Positions 17,983 to 27,638 of a DNA stretch of 64,000 nucleotides are shown piece after piece; the stretch's first letter is position 1; each line of letters begins with the position of its first letter. Both the position numbers and the translations under genes were made by a program. Origin of the DNA: Candidatus Falkowbacteria bacterium (GTDB lineage Bacteria; Patescibacteriota; Patescibacteriia; Patescibacteriales; UBA12075). The DNA is taken from positions 14,479 through 78,478 of the forward strand of contig JAZDLN010000027.1 in the NCBI GenBank assembly GCA_043801965.1, given 5' to 3'. A model generated the notes under the pieces. The model worked only from the letters and a program-made list of their open reading frames with translations. It searched no databases and was not told the DNA's origin.

Positions 17983-19053
17983 ATGCCCAAAAAAATCATT
18001 TTTGACAAGAAGAATATTCTGGTTACCGGCGGGGCCGGATTTATCGGATCACATTTATGCGATGAGTTGGTTAAAACCTCAAAGGTTATCTGCGTGGATA
18101 ACTTTTCTTCAGGCAGCGAAAAGAATATCGATCACCTTTTAGCTAATCCCGACTTTGAATTTATCCGTCACGATATCACGGAACCGCTCGACCTTGAAAG
18201 CTTGCCGGAATTGCAGAAATTCAAGATAGAGTTCCAGGGCGTGCAGGAAATATACAACCTGGCTTGCCCCACTTCTCCCAAGGATTTCCTAAAAAACCGC
18301 TTAGCGACGATTATGGCCAATTCTTACGGTCTCAAGAATATCCTGGATATCGCCTTGAAATATAAAGCCAGTTTGTTGCATTTTTCTTCATCCGTGGTTT
18401 ATGGTCCGAGAAGAAAGGAAAATTCGAAGGTCAAAGAAGGCGATATCGGCCAGGTAGACTTTCTGTCCCCTAGAAGTTCATTTGATGAAGGAAAGAGATT
18501 TGCCGAGACTATGGCGATGAATTATCGCCAAGTATACGGCCTTGACGCTAAAATCATGCGGTTATTCAGGATTTACGGCCCGCGCATGAAGCTTGACGAC
18601 GGCCAAATGTTGCCCGATTTCATAAGCAGTGCCTTGGACGGTAAAGATCTTAAAATATTCGGCGATAAGGATTTTTCCACGACTTATTGCTATATTAACG
18701 ATTGTATCGACGCGGCCATAAAGATCATGGAATCTGATCTGAGCGGACCCATAAACATCGGTTCCGATGTTGAGATCAATTTGACTGATTTGGCCAATAA
18801 AATTATTGCCACGATCGGTTCACGCTCTAAGATCGTATACGCGGACGAAATGCTTTTTATGACCTCCCTGTGTCCGCCGGACACTTCGATGGCCCGCAAT
18901 GAATTGGGCTGGATGCCCGTTATATCTTTGGAGCAAGGACTTGAAAAAACGATTTATGAATTGCGCGCGAGCAAAGGCTTAAAAGGCGTGGCCGAGGCCA
19001 TAAACACCGATCAGGAGGAAGGGGCTAACGATAAATTTATAGACCAATATTAA
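17983..19053 (+). CDS. UDP-glucuronate decarboxylase-like NAD-dependent epimerase/dehydratase
   Basis: ILVTGGAGFIGSHL Rossmann motif, VDNFSSGSEKNIDHL...FIRHDITEP and YDEGKRFAE (YxxxK) match the UXS pattern. The ATG at 17983 is preferred over the TTG at 17932. Confidence 0.85.
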   Translation: MPKKIIFDKKNILVTGGAGFIGSHLCDELVKTSKVICVDNFSSGSEKNIDHLLANPDFEFIRHDITEPLDLESLPELQKFKIEFQGVQEIYNLACPTSPKDFLKNRLATIMANSYGLKNILDIALKYKASLLHFSSSVVYGPRRKENSKVKEGDIGQVDFLSPRSSFDEGKRFAETMAMNYRQVYGLDAKIMRLFRIYGPRMKLDDGQMLPDFISSALDGKDLKIFGDKDFSTTYCYINDCIDAAIKIMESDLSGPINIGSDVEINLTDLANKIIATIGSRSKIVYADEMLFMTSLCPPDTSMARNELGWMPVISLEQGLEKTIYELRASKGLKGVAEAINTDQEEGANDKFIDQY

Positions 19054-19781
19054 TGGAAGAAGACATAAAAAAAATACCCAAGATATTTTGCGTAATACCG
19101 GCTTATAACGAAGAGGGCAAAATAGCTGAAACAGTAAAAGGCGTCAAGCCGTACGCGCGGGACATTATAGTGGTCGATGACGGATCGCGGGACCATACGT
19201 ATGAACAGGCTTTAAAAACGGGAGCGATCGTTTTGCGCCATATCGTTAATCGCGGGCAAGGAGCAGCTCTCCAGACCGGCGATGAATTCGCTTTAAGATC
19301 CGGCGCGGATATAATCGTGCACTTTGACGCGGATGGACAATTTTCGGCCGATGAGATTAAAGATATGATCGATCCGGTAATAAGAGGGGAATGCGATGTC
19401 GTTTTCGGGTCGAGATTTATGGGTAAAAAATCTAACTTGCCATGGTTCAAGAAAAACGTAATTTATCCGGTCAGCCGGATCGTTAATGATTATTTATTGT
19501 CGGGCAGTAAATTGTCTGATCCGCAAAACGGATTTCGTGCCCTATCCCGCCGAGCGGCGGAAAGAATAAATATACAGAATGACGGTATGGCGCATAACAG
19601 CGAAATTCAAAAAAAAACCGCGAAGAATTTCTCTTATCGGGAAGTCCCGGTAACGGTCAAATATTCCGCTTTTGGGCAAGGCGTTTTTTCCGGTAAGGGC
19701 AGGGGCGCCGGAGGTTTTAAAATATTAATAGATTTGTTTTTGTCGAAATTGACCGATCAGGGAGATTATGAAAATGATTAG
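19053..19781 (+). CDS. glycosyltransferase family 2 (polyprenyl-phosphate sugar transferase-like)
   Basis: VIPAYNEE...VVDDGSRD...DAD motifs of GT-A/GT2. Confidence 0.87.
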   Translation: MEEDIKKIPKIFCVIPAYNEEGKIAETVKGVKPYARDIIVVDDGSRDHTYEQALKTGAIVLRHIVNRGQGAALQTGDEFALRSGADIIVHFDADGQFSADEIKDMIDPVIRGECDVVFGSRFMGKKSNLPWFKKNVIYPVSRIVNDYLLSGSKLSDPQNGFRALSRRAAERINIQNDGMAHNSEIQKKTAKNFSYREVPVTVKYSAFGQGVFSGKGRGAGGFKILIDLFLSKLTDQGDYEND

Positions 19782-19829
19782 TTTTCGGACGCTTAAAAAT
19801 TCCAAATATTACTAAGTAATAAATAATAT

Positions 19830-20168
19830 ATGATCCAGCAAATATTAGCGCTTCTAGTTATAGCTTTTTTTGTTTCCAGGCTTTTTTGGCAAAAACGTAA
19901 AAAACAAATCAGCGGAGGCGAATTTTTGTTTTGGCTTATCTTCTGGATAATGGCCGCCATGAGCGTTTTGTTCCTAAGAAAGATCGACGCTCTGGTTGCC
20001 GGCCTGGGATTTTCCGGATCCGGCATCGAGGTTTTGCTTTATATGGCAGTGGCTATCTTGTTTTATTTTATTTTCCGCCTGCGCCTGCGCCTGGAAAAAA
20101 TAGAAAAAAACATCACTTTAATAATCAGGGAAATGGCCCACATTAACTATAAACAAAATGACCACTAG
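19830..20168 (+). CDS. DUF2304-like small membrane protein
   Basis: 112 aa, 3-4 TM, in the typical position after a GT2 gene (family call from memory). Confidence 0.65.
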   Translation: MIQQILALLVIAFFVSRLFWQKRKKQISGGEFLFWLIFWIMAAMSVLFLRKIDALVAGLGFSGSGIEVLLYMAVAILFYFIFRLRLRLEKIEKNITLIIREMAHINYKQNDH

Positions 20169-20568
20169 GGATTATATAATTGATTTCTTAAATTATATTT
20201 TTTTGTTGTTTACTATTCTTTTCGCTTTTGTGTATTTTTTCTTAGGAGATAGGTTGGGGGCGGTTTCCAGGGCGATGCAGGCGCTGGTGCCGTTGTCATA
20301 TTTCGCCACCTTTTTTCTGATACGCTTCAGATACACGAGGAAGACCATTAGAAGGATGGATGAGGAGGGAAGAAGCAGAGATGTTTCGTTGCAATTAACT
20401 TATCGCGATAAGATCATAGACGAGTTGCTTATTTTTTCTTTGCCGGTCATTATAATCTGGGTAGCCCACCTCAAGGGCGTGGTTGACGTTTATACTGTTT
20501 TCCAGGCCGCCCTGGTATTTATAATAATGTTCACTTGGCATAATATTTTATTCAAGAAAGAAGGGTAA
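20158..20568 (+). CDS. hypothetical membrane protein
   Basis: 136-aa ORF with about 4 hydrophobic segments. Overlaps the upstream gene by 11 nt. Confidence 0.55.
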   Translation: MTTRDYIIDFLNYIFLLFTILFAFVYFFLGDRLGAVSRAMQALVPLSYFATFFLIRFRYTRKTIRRMDEEGRSRDVSLQLTYRDKIIDELLIFSLPVIIIWVAHLKGVVDVYTVFQAALVFIIMFTWHNILFKKEG

Positions 20569-20575
20569 TAAGATT

Positions 20576-21700
20576 ATGAGAATAGCTCAGGTCGCGTGCG
20601 TGTTCCCGCCCTACAAAGGGGGTATCGGCAATGTCGCCGCTTCTTTTGCTGGCATGCTGTCAGATAAGGACCAGGTGACGGTTTTTACGCCGGATTACGG
20701 CTTTAAACAGGAACAGGAACACGGTGGTTTCGAGGTGGTAAAATTAAAACCGTTACTAAGATACGGCAATGGTGTTTTTACGCCGGAGCTGTTTTTTAAA
20801 TTGAAAGGATTCGATGTCGTGCACCTTCACTATCCATTTTTTGGCGGTGCGGAAGTTGTCTGGTTGGCGAAATTTTTATCGTTCGGAAATTTTAAACTGC
20901 TGATACATTATCATATGGACGCCGCTGATTTGCCGCTCGCGGCCAGGATTTTGCGGTTACCGGACAGACTGATACGGAATTCGCTGTTTTCCCTTGCCGC
21001 GGGCATAACTTGCGCCAGCCTGGATTACATAGAACTGAGCCAAATCGGACGTTTTTATAGCCGATACCCTGGCAAATTCCATGAAATACCGTTTGGCGTG
21101 GATACGACGAGATTCTGTCCAGGTCTAAAAAATTCTATAAAAAACAGATCATTAAAGATACTTTTTGTCGGCGGACTAGATAGAGCTCATTATTTCAAAG
21201 GCATAGACGTTTTACTTAAGGCAATATCCGAATTACGGATCCCGGATAAGGAGTATGAGCTGCAAATCGTGGGTGACGGCGATATGCGTCAGGAATATGA
21301 AAAATTAGCGGTTAGCCTGGGCGTGGCGGATAAAGTAAAGTTCATGGGGGGGCTAAGCGACAAGCGATTGGCCGAAGCTTACCGGACGGCCGACACGGTG
21401 GTTTTGCCATCGATAAACGGCCATGAGGCGTTTGGTTTGGTTTTGCTCGAAGCAATGGCCTCGGGGGTTCCGGTTATCGCTTCTGATCTGCCGGGGGTCA
21501 GAAGCGTGTTCCGTAACGGCGCGGAAGGATATTTTGCCGAACCCGGTAACGCGAAAGATCTGCGCGAAAAATTAGAGAAAATATTATCAGACGACGACAA
21601 GAGAGCGGAGATGGGCGCGGCCGGCAGGAAGTTGTCTGTAGAAAAATACGATCTGAAAATAATAAAAAAACGTCTGCGCGGTATTTATGCCGGATTGTAA
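20576..21700 (+). CDS. glycosyltransferase family 4
   Basis: GT-B C-terminal motif (VVLPSINGHEAFGLVLLEAMASGVPVIASDLPGVRSV). Confidence 0.85.
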   Translation: MRIAQVACVFPPYKGGIGNVAASFAGMLSDKDQVTVFTPDYGFKQEQEHGGFEVVKLKPLLRYGNGVFTPELFFKLKGFDVVHLHYPFFGGAEVVWLAKFLSFGNFKLLIHYHMDAADLPLAARILRLPDRLIRNSLFSLAAGITCASLDYIELSQIGRFYSRYPGKFHEIPFGVDTTRFCPGLKNSIKNRSLKILFVGGLDRAHYFKGIDVLLKAISELRIPDKEYELQIVGDGDMRQEYEKLAVSLGVADKVKFMGGLSDKRLAEAYRTADTVVLPSINGHEAFGLVLLEAMASGVPVIASDLPGVRSVFRNGAEGYFAEPGNAKDLREKLEKILSDDDKRAEMGAAGRKLSVEKYDLKIIKKRLRGIYAGL

Positions 21701-21717
21701 TATATTTTTAGGCGATT

Positions 21718-22881
21718 ATGAAAATTTGTCTGATAAACAATCTATACGAACCGTACGCGATCGGCGGCGCCGAGCAGGTGGTTAAAATGACATTCGAGGG
21801 TTTAAAAGAAGCCGGTCACGATGTTTTTATAATCACTACCCGACCAATATTTGAAAAAGCGGCCAAGGAACGGTCGGTTTATTATCTTCCGTCGTGGCAG
21901 TTCGTTTTTCGTAAAATGCCTAAATTTTTGCGTTTGATTTGGCACGTAGTTGATTTTGCCGATCCGGTTACCGGCTTTAGGATTAAAAAAATATTGGCCA
22001 GGGAAAAACCGGACGTGGTCATGACGCACAATCTGGTCGGTATCGGATTTTTACTTCCCCGCATTATTCGAAACCTGCGCATCAGACACGTTCATGTTCT
22101 GCACGATATTCAGATGCTTCACCCTTCCGGTTTGCTGATTTACGGTCGGGAAAACGTTATAAACGGCTTGGCCGCAAGAATTTACCAGTTTGCCTGCCGG
22201 AAACTGATCGCTTCCGCGGCTATAGTCGTTTCACCGTCGAATTGGCTTATTACGGAGCATACCAAGCGGGGATTTTTTAGAGATTCGCGTCGCGTGATAT
22301 TACCCAATCCGATTCCCCGATACGCGCCCATGACCGGGGAAAAGAGGGTCGACAATAAAGAATTTAAATTGCTTTTTGTCGGACAGATCGAGCCGCACAA
22401 GGGGATTCATTTTTTGATTGACGCGTTCGCTGAATTGACCGATAAATACAGGAATTTTTCCCTGACGTTTATCGGAAACGGCCTAAATGATTCTCGTTAC
22501 CTGTCCGCTATCAGCCGGCGAAACATCAGAAATATCGAGTTTAAGGGAAGAATCCCGAATGAGGAGGTAAAAAGATTAATGCCCGTCTTCGATTGTCTTG
22601 TAGTGCCGTCTCTTTGCCACGAGAATTCGCCTACGGTAATTTATGAAGCCGCCAGTCTCGGTTTAGCGGTCATAGCTTCCCGAATAGGCGGCATAAGCGA
22701 GCTGGTCCGGGATTTAGGGGGTATTTTATTCGTTCCCGGCAGCCGGACCGATCTTGCCCGAAAATTGATTTGGGCATCAAAAAATCCCCTTAAGCTTAAG
22801 GAGATGGTGAATAAAGCGAAAAGCCGATCCGAGCGTTATATTTTGCCTGTTTATATCGACAAACTCACGCGGTTATTGTGA
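21718..22881 (+). CDS. glycosyltransferase family 4
   Basis: GGAEQVV N-terminal motif and E-x7-E-like C-terminus (SLCHENSPTVIYEAASLGLAVIASRIGG). Confidence 0.85.
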   Translation: MKICLINNLYEPYAIGGAEQVVKMTFEGLKEAGHDVFIITTRPIFEKAAKERSVYYLPSWQFVFRKMPKFLRLIWHVVDFADPVTGFRIKKILAREKPDVVMTHNLVGIGFLLPRIIRNLRIRHVHVLHDIQMLHPSGLLIYGRENVINGLAARIYQFACRKLIASAAIVVSPSNWLITEHTKRGFFRDSRRVILPNPIPRYAPMTGEKRVDNKEFKLLFVGQIEPHKGIHFLIDAFAELTDKYRNFSLTFIGNGLNDSRYLSAISRRNIRNIEFKGRIPNEEVKRLMPVFDCLVVPSLCHENSPTVIYEAASLGLAVIASRIGGISELVRDLGGILFVPGSRTDLARKLIWASKNPLKLKEMVNKAKSRSERYILPVYIDKLTRLL

Positions 22882-23166
22882 AAAAATATTTTTTACGCCG
22901 TTGACATCATTTTTTTGCGATTTCTTTTCTATTTTTTCGATAACACTGTTGAAAATATTGATATTTAAGTCAGACGCGTTCGTTCGGTTGCCGAGGTAAT
23001 CCTCATCTATCACGAACGATCCATACAGGTTTTTGTTTAAAAAAGAATAAGTGAAAAAAAGAATGATGACGTTGACTGCCGCAATCAGGACGTAAATAGC
23101 TTTGAATATTCTTTTGTCAGTAAATTTGAGGCTAATTTTCATATTTTTTCGTGTTATTATTGCCAA
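22873..23166 (-). CDS. hypothetical single-TM protein, last gene of the pilus operon
   Basis: 97-aa ORF. Overlaps pilO-like by 10 nt and overlaps the convergent GT4 gene by 9 nt. Confidence 0.5.
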   Translation of the reverse strand: MAIITRKNMKISLKFTDKRIFKAIYVLIAAVNVIILFFTYSFLNKNLYGSFVIDEDYLGNRTNASDLNINIFNSVIEKIEKKSQKNDVNGVKNIFSQ

Positions 23167-23765
23167 TATGTTTCCCCTGAGATCCTTAACGATACGTTTC
23201 CGGCGACAGCCGGATTTTTTGTGTTCTCCTCCCCGCTTTCGATCGTGACGCGCCTGACGGGCGAATCGGAAGTCTGATAATTAAGATCAAGCAGATTTAT
23301 GTTAAAATAATAGTTTAAAGCCTCTAATTCGGCCAGGTAGTTCATGATGTCGGCAAATGAGCCCTGAGCGTCGATACTTAGGGCGGTTTTATCGTAAACA
23401 TCCTTTTTCTGTCCGGTCGGAGGGGTTAAATTTATTTTTTGCGTGACATTATTTTTGCCGGCCGCTTCCTCGAGGGTGGTAATGAATTCCAGTTCACGAT
23501 TCTTGTTTATGAAAATGTAATCCAGTTTTTCCATCTGCGGTTCGACGGTTTTAAGCTTTTCGCTTAGTACGGACAGGCTTTGGGCCGTATCGGCTTGCTT
23601 TTCAATGTCTAATTTTTGCGCCACGATTGCCAGGTGGAGGTTTTTTATGTCATTTACCGTAAACGCTATGAGAAAATAGATGATCAGGCAGGTCAAAACA
23701 GTGGCGCCCGCGCTCACGCCGATCATTCGCCCGATGCTTAAATTTTTAAATCCGGACAAATTCAT
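23157..23765 (-). CDS. PilO-like type IV pilus assembly protein
   Basis: One TM, coiled coil, small C-terminal domain. The call rests on its position after pilM-pilN. Confidence 0.6.
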   Translation of the reverse strand: MNLSGFKNLSIGRMIGVSAGATVLTCLIIYFLIAFTVNDIKNLHLAIVAQKLDIEKQADTAQSLSVLSEKLKTVEPQMEKLDYIFINKNRELEFITTLEEAAGKNNVTQKINLTPPTGQKKDVYDKTALSIDAQGSFADIMNYLAELEALNYYFNINLLDLNYQTSDSPVRRVTIESGEENTKNPAVAGNVSLRISGETYWQ

Positions 23766-24288
23766 AGTTTTTTATTTTTAAGCTGATGTCGAAATTTATG
23801 TTGGTTTTTTCCAGTAAATTCTTTAGAGGAAGATTGACCGATGAAAAATAGCCGGCATTTTCAAGGATTTCCTTGAGTTTAATAAGGTCATCCCTGTTCT
23901 CGGCGCGGCCGGATAGGTTCAATTCTTCTTTGTCTTTGTTGATGCTTAATTTCGCGTATTTTATCCCGTTTCCGGAATTATCGGCGATATACTCAATAAG
24001 ATAAGACCAAAGCACCGTATCTTTTTGGATTTTGTCGATAAAACTTATCTTGCCTTTGATATTTTTAATTTTTTCATCGTAATTTTCCCGGTTTTTCGCG
24101 GTTATGGCCGTTTCGTTCATGACTTCAATAAAACGGAGCTGAAGCACGAATTTGGCCGAGAGAAAAATAATGCCGTAAACGGCGAAGATCATAACGGAAA
24201 CGCCAAATAAAATTTTAAGCGATTTATATATCGACGCCAGTCTTTTTTCATTTTTCAATTCCTGCGGTATTATATTGAGTTTAAGCAT
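23746..24288 (-). CDS. PilN-like type IV pilus assembly protein
   Basis: N-terminal LNIIPQEL (INLLP-like PilM-binding motif), one TM, coiled coil. Confidence 0.68.
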   Translation of the reverse strand: MLKLNIIPQELKNEKRLASIYKSLKILFGVSVMIFAVYGIIFLSAKFVLQLRFIEVMNETAITAKNRENYDEKIKNIKGKISFIDKIQKDTVLWSYLIEYIADNSGNGIKYAKLSINKDKEELNLSGRAENRDDLIKLKEILENAGYFSSVNLPLKNLLEKTNINFDISLKIKNYEFVRI

Positions 24289-24295
24289 AGTCGGT

Positions 24296-25390
24296 TTAAT
24301 TGATTTTTTCTAAAAAAATAGAACGCAAGGCCAGTCCAATGGCCGTAACGTAAGTAAGGCTGGCGTTTTGGCTTATTGTCGGCGACTTATCGCCGGTTTT
24401 TTCGTCCGGTATTTTCAGGTTGGTAAAAGCGTTGCCGATAGTGGTTTTAACGGCGACCGCGTCGCTTATGATAGTATCCAGTTTTTTTATGTTAGCTCCG
24501 CCGCCGCACAATATTATTTCATCCACTTTCCCGCGTTCACTATAGTTTTCATTAAAAAAGCTTAAAGCCTCTTTAATGCGCAGGATCAGCTCATCGATCT
24601 TTTTAGCCAGTATATCGCTTATGATCCCCTTGGCCTTGCTTTTGTCCAGTCCGCAGACGACCTTGGCTTTTTCGGCCTGGGGCTTATCTAATTCGAGGGT
24701 TTTCGCTATATCAGCGGTAACGGCTTCTCCGGAGATAGGAAGACTAACTGACAAAGCTATGGTATTTTTCGAATATATTATCAAGCTGGAACGCTTGGCC
24801 CCGAAATCGATAAGGCAGTAATTGCTGTCGTACGCGCCGCCGTACCAAGGGGATTCGGTTTCGAGTAATCCCCGGCAAATTGCGGTTGACTCTATTTCAA
24901 GAGAGGATATTGAAAAGTTCGCCCCTTTCAGAACGCGGACATACTGATCAACGATATTCCTGGGCGCCGCTCCGACCAGGATCAGTTTTTTGTCGGGCAG
25001 ATTTTTAATAGTTTGCCAATCCAGGTACATGTCCTTAAGAGAGATCGGGATATATTTTTCCGTTTCCGCCCGAACCATATCCGCCAGGTCATTCAAGCTG
25101 TTTTCGACCTCGATCAATTTTACGAAGGTTTTCGTTTCCGGCAGACAGGCGGTAACCTCGATCTTCCCGCTCCCTGACAGGTTTTTGTTTTTGAGCAATT
25201 CTGTCATCGCGGAAATGACCGCTTTTTCGTCATTAATAACGCCGCCCTCAATGAGACTATTGGGCAGATCTATCCTCCCGAAGTTCTTTAAGCTGATATT
25301 GTTTTTGATTTCGTCAAGCTGCACGAATTTCAAGGACAGATCCGATATATCCAAACCCAGAGGATAATTTAAACCTTGGCTTAAACGCAT
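24296..25390 (-). CDS. pilM: type IV pilus assembly protein PilM (actin-like ATPase fold)
   Basis: GLDISDLSLKFV start, DFGAKRSSL and CGGGANI motifs. Directly upstream of pilN/pilO-like genes. Confidence 0.85.
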   Translation of the reverse strand: MRLSQGLNYPLGLDISDLSLKFVQLDEIKNNISLKNFGRIDLPNSLIEGGVINDEKAVISAMTELLKNKNLSGSGKIEVTACLPETKTFVKLIEVENSLNDLADMVRAETEKYIPISLKDMYLDWQTIKNLPDKKLILVGAAPRNIVDQYVRVLKGANFSISSLEIESTAICRGLLETESPWYGGAYDSNYCLIDFGAKRSSLIIYSKNTIALSVSLPISGEAVTADIAKTLELDKPQAEKAKVVCGLDKSKAKGIISDILAKKIDELILRIKEALSFFNENYSERGKVDEIILCGGGANIKKLDTIISDAVAVKTTIGNAFTNLKIPDEKTGDKSPTISQNASLTYVTAIGLALRSIFLEKIN

Positions 25391-25461
25391 AATGATGTGG
25401 CTATGTTTAACGGCAATATTAATATTATACCATAAATCAGTTTTTCGGAACAGGCTTGTTC

Positions 25462-27027
25462 TTATTCCTCCTTCCAGGAGATGAAGGTGTATTCGCCCGT
25501 TGTGGGGTAATGGGGCGGGGGAGCGAAGGTCAGATTATTGTCGTATATAAGGTTTCTGATGTCGTATCCCGAGCACCATGGATCGCTCACTCCGCAGGAC
25601 CAGCTGAAACCATACCGTTCATCGGTTGATAGCGATCCATATATCGTGATAGTGTCTCTTTTGTAGAATTCCGCCCCGCAGCTTGATATATAATATTCTC
25701 GGCCGATTCTTCCTTCTTTCGCGATCATCGCCGCGTCGATCCTTAGTTCGCCGTCGTCAGCGGCCCCCAACGATCCCTCGCTATAAAGTCCGGGACCGAT
25801 ATTGTGCTGGGCGATCAATCCGATTATGTCCGTGCCGTCGTAATTCGTGTATAGCAGATCATTGTTAACCACGATATTCGCGATATCGGAGGTAAACGGT
25901 TCGAAGAACGCCAATATGGTGACACGGCTGCCGTCTATCTGCCCATCGACCCAAACGTGGTTCTTAATGAATATTACGCCATTTGTGGGTATTGGGAAAT
26001 TCTGGGCGACAGCCTCTTCGGCCAGGATACTGAGGCTTGGGTTGTTGCAGTCAGGCTGCAGTGCGGAAACGCCTCGGATATCAAAGGTGTTGTCGGTTTT
26101 GAGAGTTATGTGGATTCCCTCGTCGCAAGCGCCGCTAATGCAGCCCCAGTAAGACGGTTCCGAATCCGGGTCGGCCGTGCCCGCGCTTCTGGGATCGATC
26201 ACGAATCCTGAAGTTGTGGCTTTTATATAAACGTTGTTGATGTAATTATTAAGCATGTCAAAGCTGACGACGGATACGGGAAACTGCCGGCCAGCCAGGA
26301 AAATATCATCCTGAAGAGGCGGATTAGGCGGATTGGCGCCGTTGCTTATCTCATTGGAGTCGTAAGAGCCCATTCCGCTGTCATCGTGCGTATGCACTCC
26401 GAATTCAATAACATCCGTTCCGACTTCGTTATGGTCCGGATCGTCATAGTCCAGAAGCGCGGAGGAGATCACGTTATGCGCTATGCCATCGAACCGTATG
26501 CCGCCGTTAGAATGGATTGGGCCCCAAACCTCAGTACCTTCGCCGAATCTCATCGTGTCGTTGGCCAGGGTCGAATAGGTTGACCAGGCGGGAATACCGC
26601 ATTGGACCTCGATTGTCCGTTTATTCCCCGGATGATTGGCTACCCAGCCTACTGATTTTATTTTAACTATAGTGGAGCCGTTGGGCGGGGGAGGAGTTAT
26701 ATAAAGCTCGTAGTAGCCGGTAATATTCTGTCCGCTCGAGTCTTTATATTCGTACGGACCGTACGGTCCGTATGGAGGAGCGCTGATGCAGGTTTCGTTA
26801 TTGCAGTATTCCTCGTGGTCATGATATAAAACCCAGCGGTAATAATTTACGCCGGCTTCCGCGATGTGGATGGCCTGGGTGCTAGCGACTTTCGATAAAT
26901 TGAGCTTTTGCTGCAGCAGGGCCAATCCGATGGCTCCCATGGCTATGATCGAAAATAATCCGGTGAGCACGAGAACGATTATGATCATCGAGCCCCGGTT
27001 ATCGTTTTTTAGGTTGGAGTGGTCCAT
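25462..27027 (-). CDS. PilX_N/GspK-like large minor-pilin-associated protein
   Basis: N-terminus RGSMIIIVLVLTGLFSIIAMGAIGLALLQQ...AIHIAEAGVNYY resembles the PilX N-terminal domain. 521 aa. Confidence 0.62.
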   Translation of the reverse strand: MDHSNLKNDNRGSMIIIVLVLTGLFSIIAMGAIGLALLQQKLNLSKVASTQAIHIAEAGVNYYRWVLYHDHEEYCNNETCISAPPYGPYGPYEYKDSSGQNITGYYELYITPPPPNGSTIVKIKSVGWVANHPGNKRTIEVQCGIPAWSTYSTLANDTMRFGEGTEVWGPIHSNGGIRFDGIAHNVISSALLDYDDPDHNEVGTDVIEFGVHTHDDSGMGSYDSNEISNGANPPNPPLQDDIFLAGRQFPVSVVSFDMLNNYINNVYIKATTSGFVIDPRSAGTADPDSEPSYWGCISGACDEGIHITLKTDNTFDIRGVSALQPDCNNPSLSILAEEAVAQNFPIPTNGVIFIKNHVWVDGQIDGSRVTILAFFEPFTSDIANIVVNNDLLYTNYDGTDIIGLIAQHNIGPGLYSEGSLGAADDGELRIDAAMIAKEGRIGREYYISSCGAEFYKRDTITIYGSLSTDERYGFSWSCGVSDPWCSGYDIRNLIYDNNLTFAPPPHYPTTGEYTFISWKEE

Positions 27028-27029
27028 GG

Positions 27030-27629
27030 TTATAAGTTTGATTTTAGATTCCTCAAAGTAACGTCAGATTCAACATAAACATCTTTAGGCGCGGTTTCCG
27101 GCGTGACGTTAATTTTTAAATTTATGTTTATGAGCCTGACCTCGTTCGTCGTCGAAGCGATATTATAGCTGGAATTATAAAAAGTGAAAATATTCTCTTC
27201 CTGATTATTGACGAATTGGGCTATGGTCGTGCTGGCGGGAGCTTCGCTGTAATCGTTAAGCGCGCCGGGTTCCGTGACTTCCCTGATAAGATCAAGATCG
27301 TCAAGGTAATACCTCACTTTTTCATACCGGTCATCGGCGTCGATATCGGCGTAAAACACGAATTCCTGCTCTTCGATAGAGTCGAGAGCGTAACTGCCCT
27401 GTTCGGACGAATTCGCCCCCCTGATCTCTTTTTTCATGACGCTAATGGCGTTTCTGGCGTGCGCTATGGCCTCCGCTTGTTCCGCTTCGAATCTGGTGGC
27501 CTTAAACCCCGTAACCACCAAGCTTAGGGTCAGAGCGGATATTGAAGAAAGAATGGCGACAACGACCAGCACCTCCACCAAGGTAAACCCCGGTTCTTTT
27601 GTTTTTTTTATGAATCGAGCGAAGTTCAT
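27030..27629 (-). CDS. prepilin-type minor pilin (PilW/GspJ-like)
   Basis: Class III signal KEPG|FTLVEVLVVVAIL with Glu at +5. C-terminus ends ...VTLRNLKSNL. Confidence 0.8.
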   Translation of the reverse strand: MNFARFIKKTKEPGFTLVEVLVVVAILSSISALTLSLVVTGFKATRFEAEQAEAIAHARNAISVMKKEIRGANSSEQGSYALDSIEEQEFVFYADIDADDRYEKVRYYLDDLDLIREVTEPGALNDYSEAPASTTIAQFVNNQEENIFTFYNSSYNIASTTNEVRLININLKINVTPETAPKDVYVESDVTLRNLKSNL

Positions 27630-27638
27630 GAAGTTAAT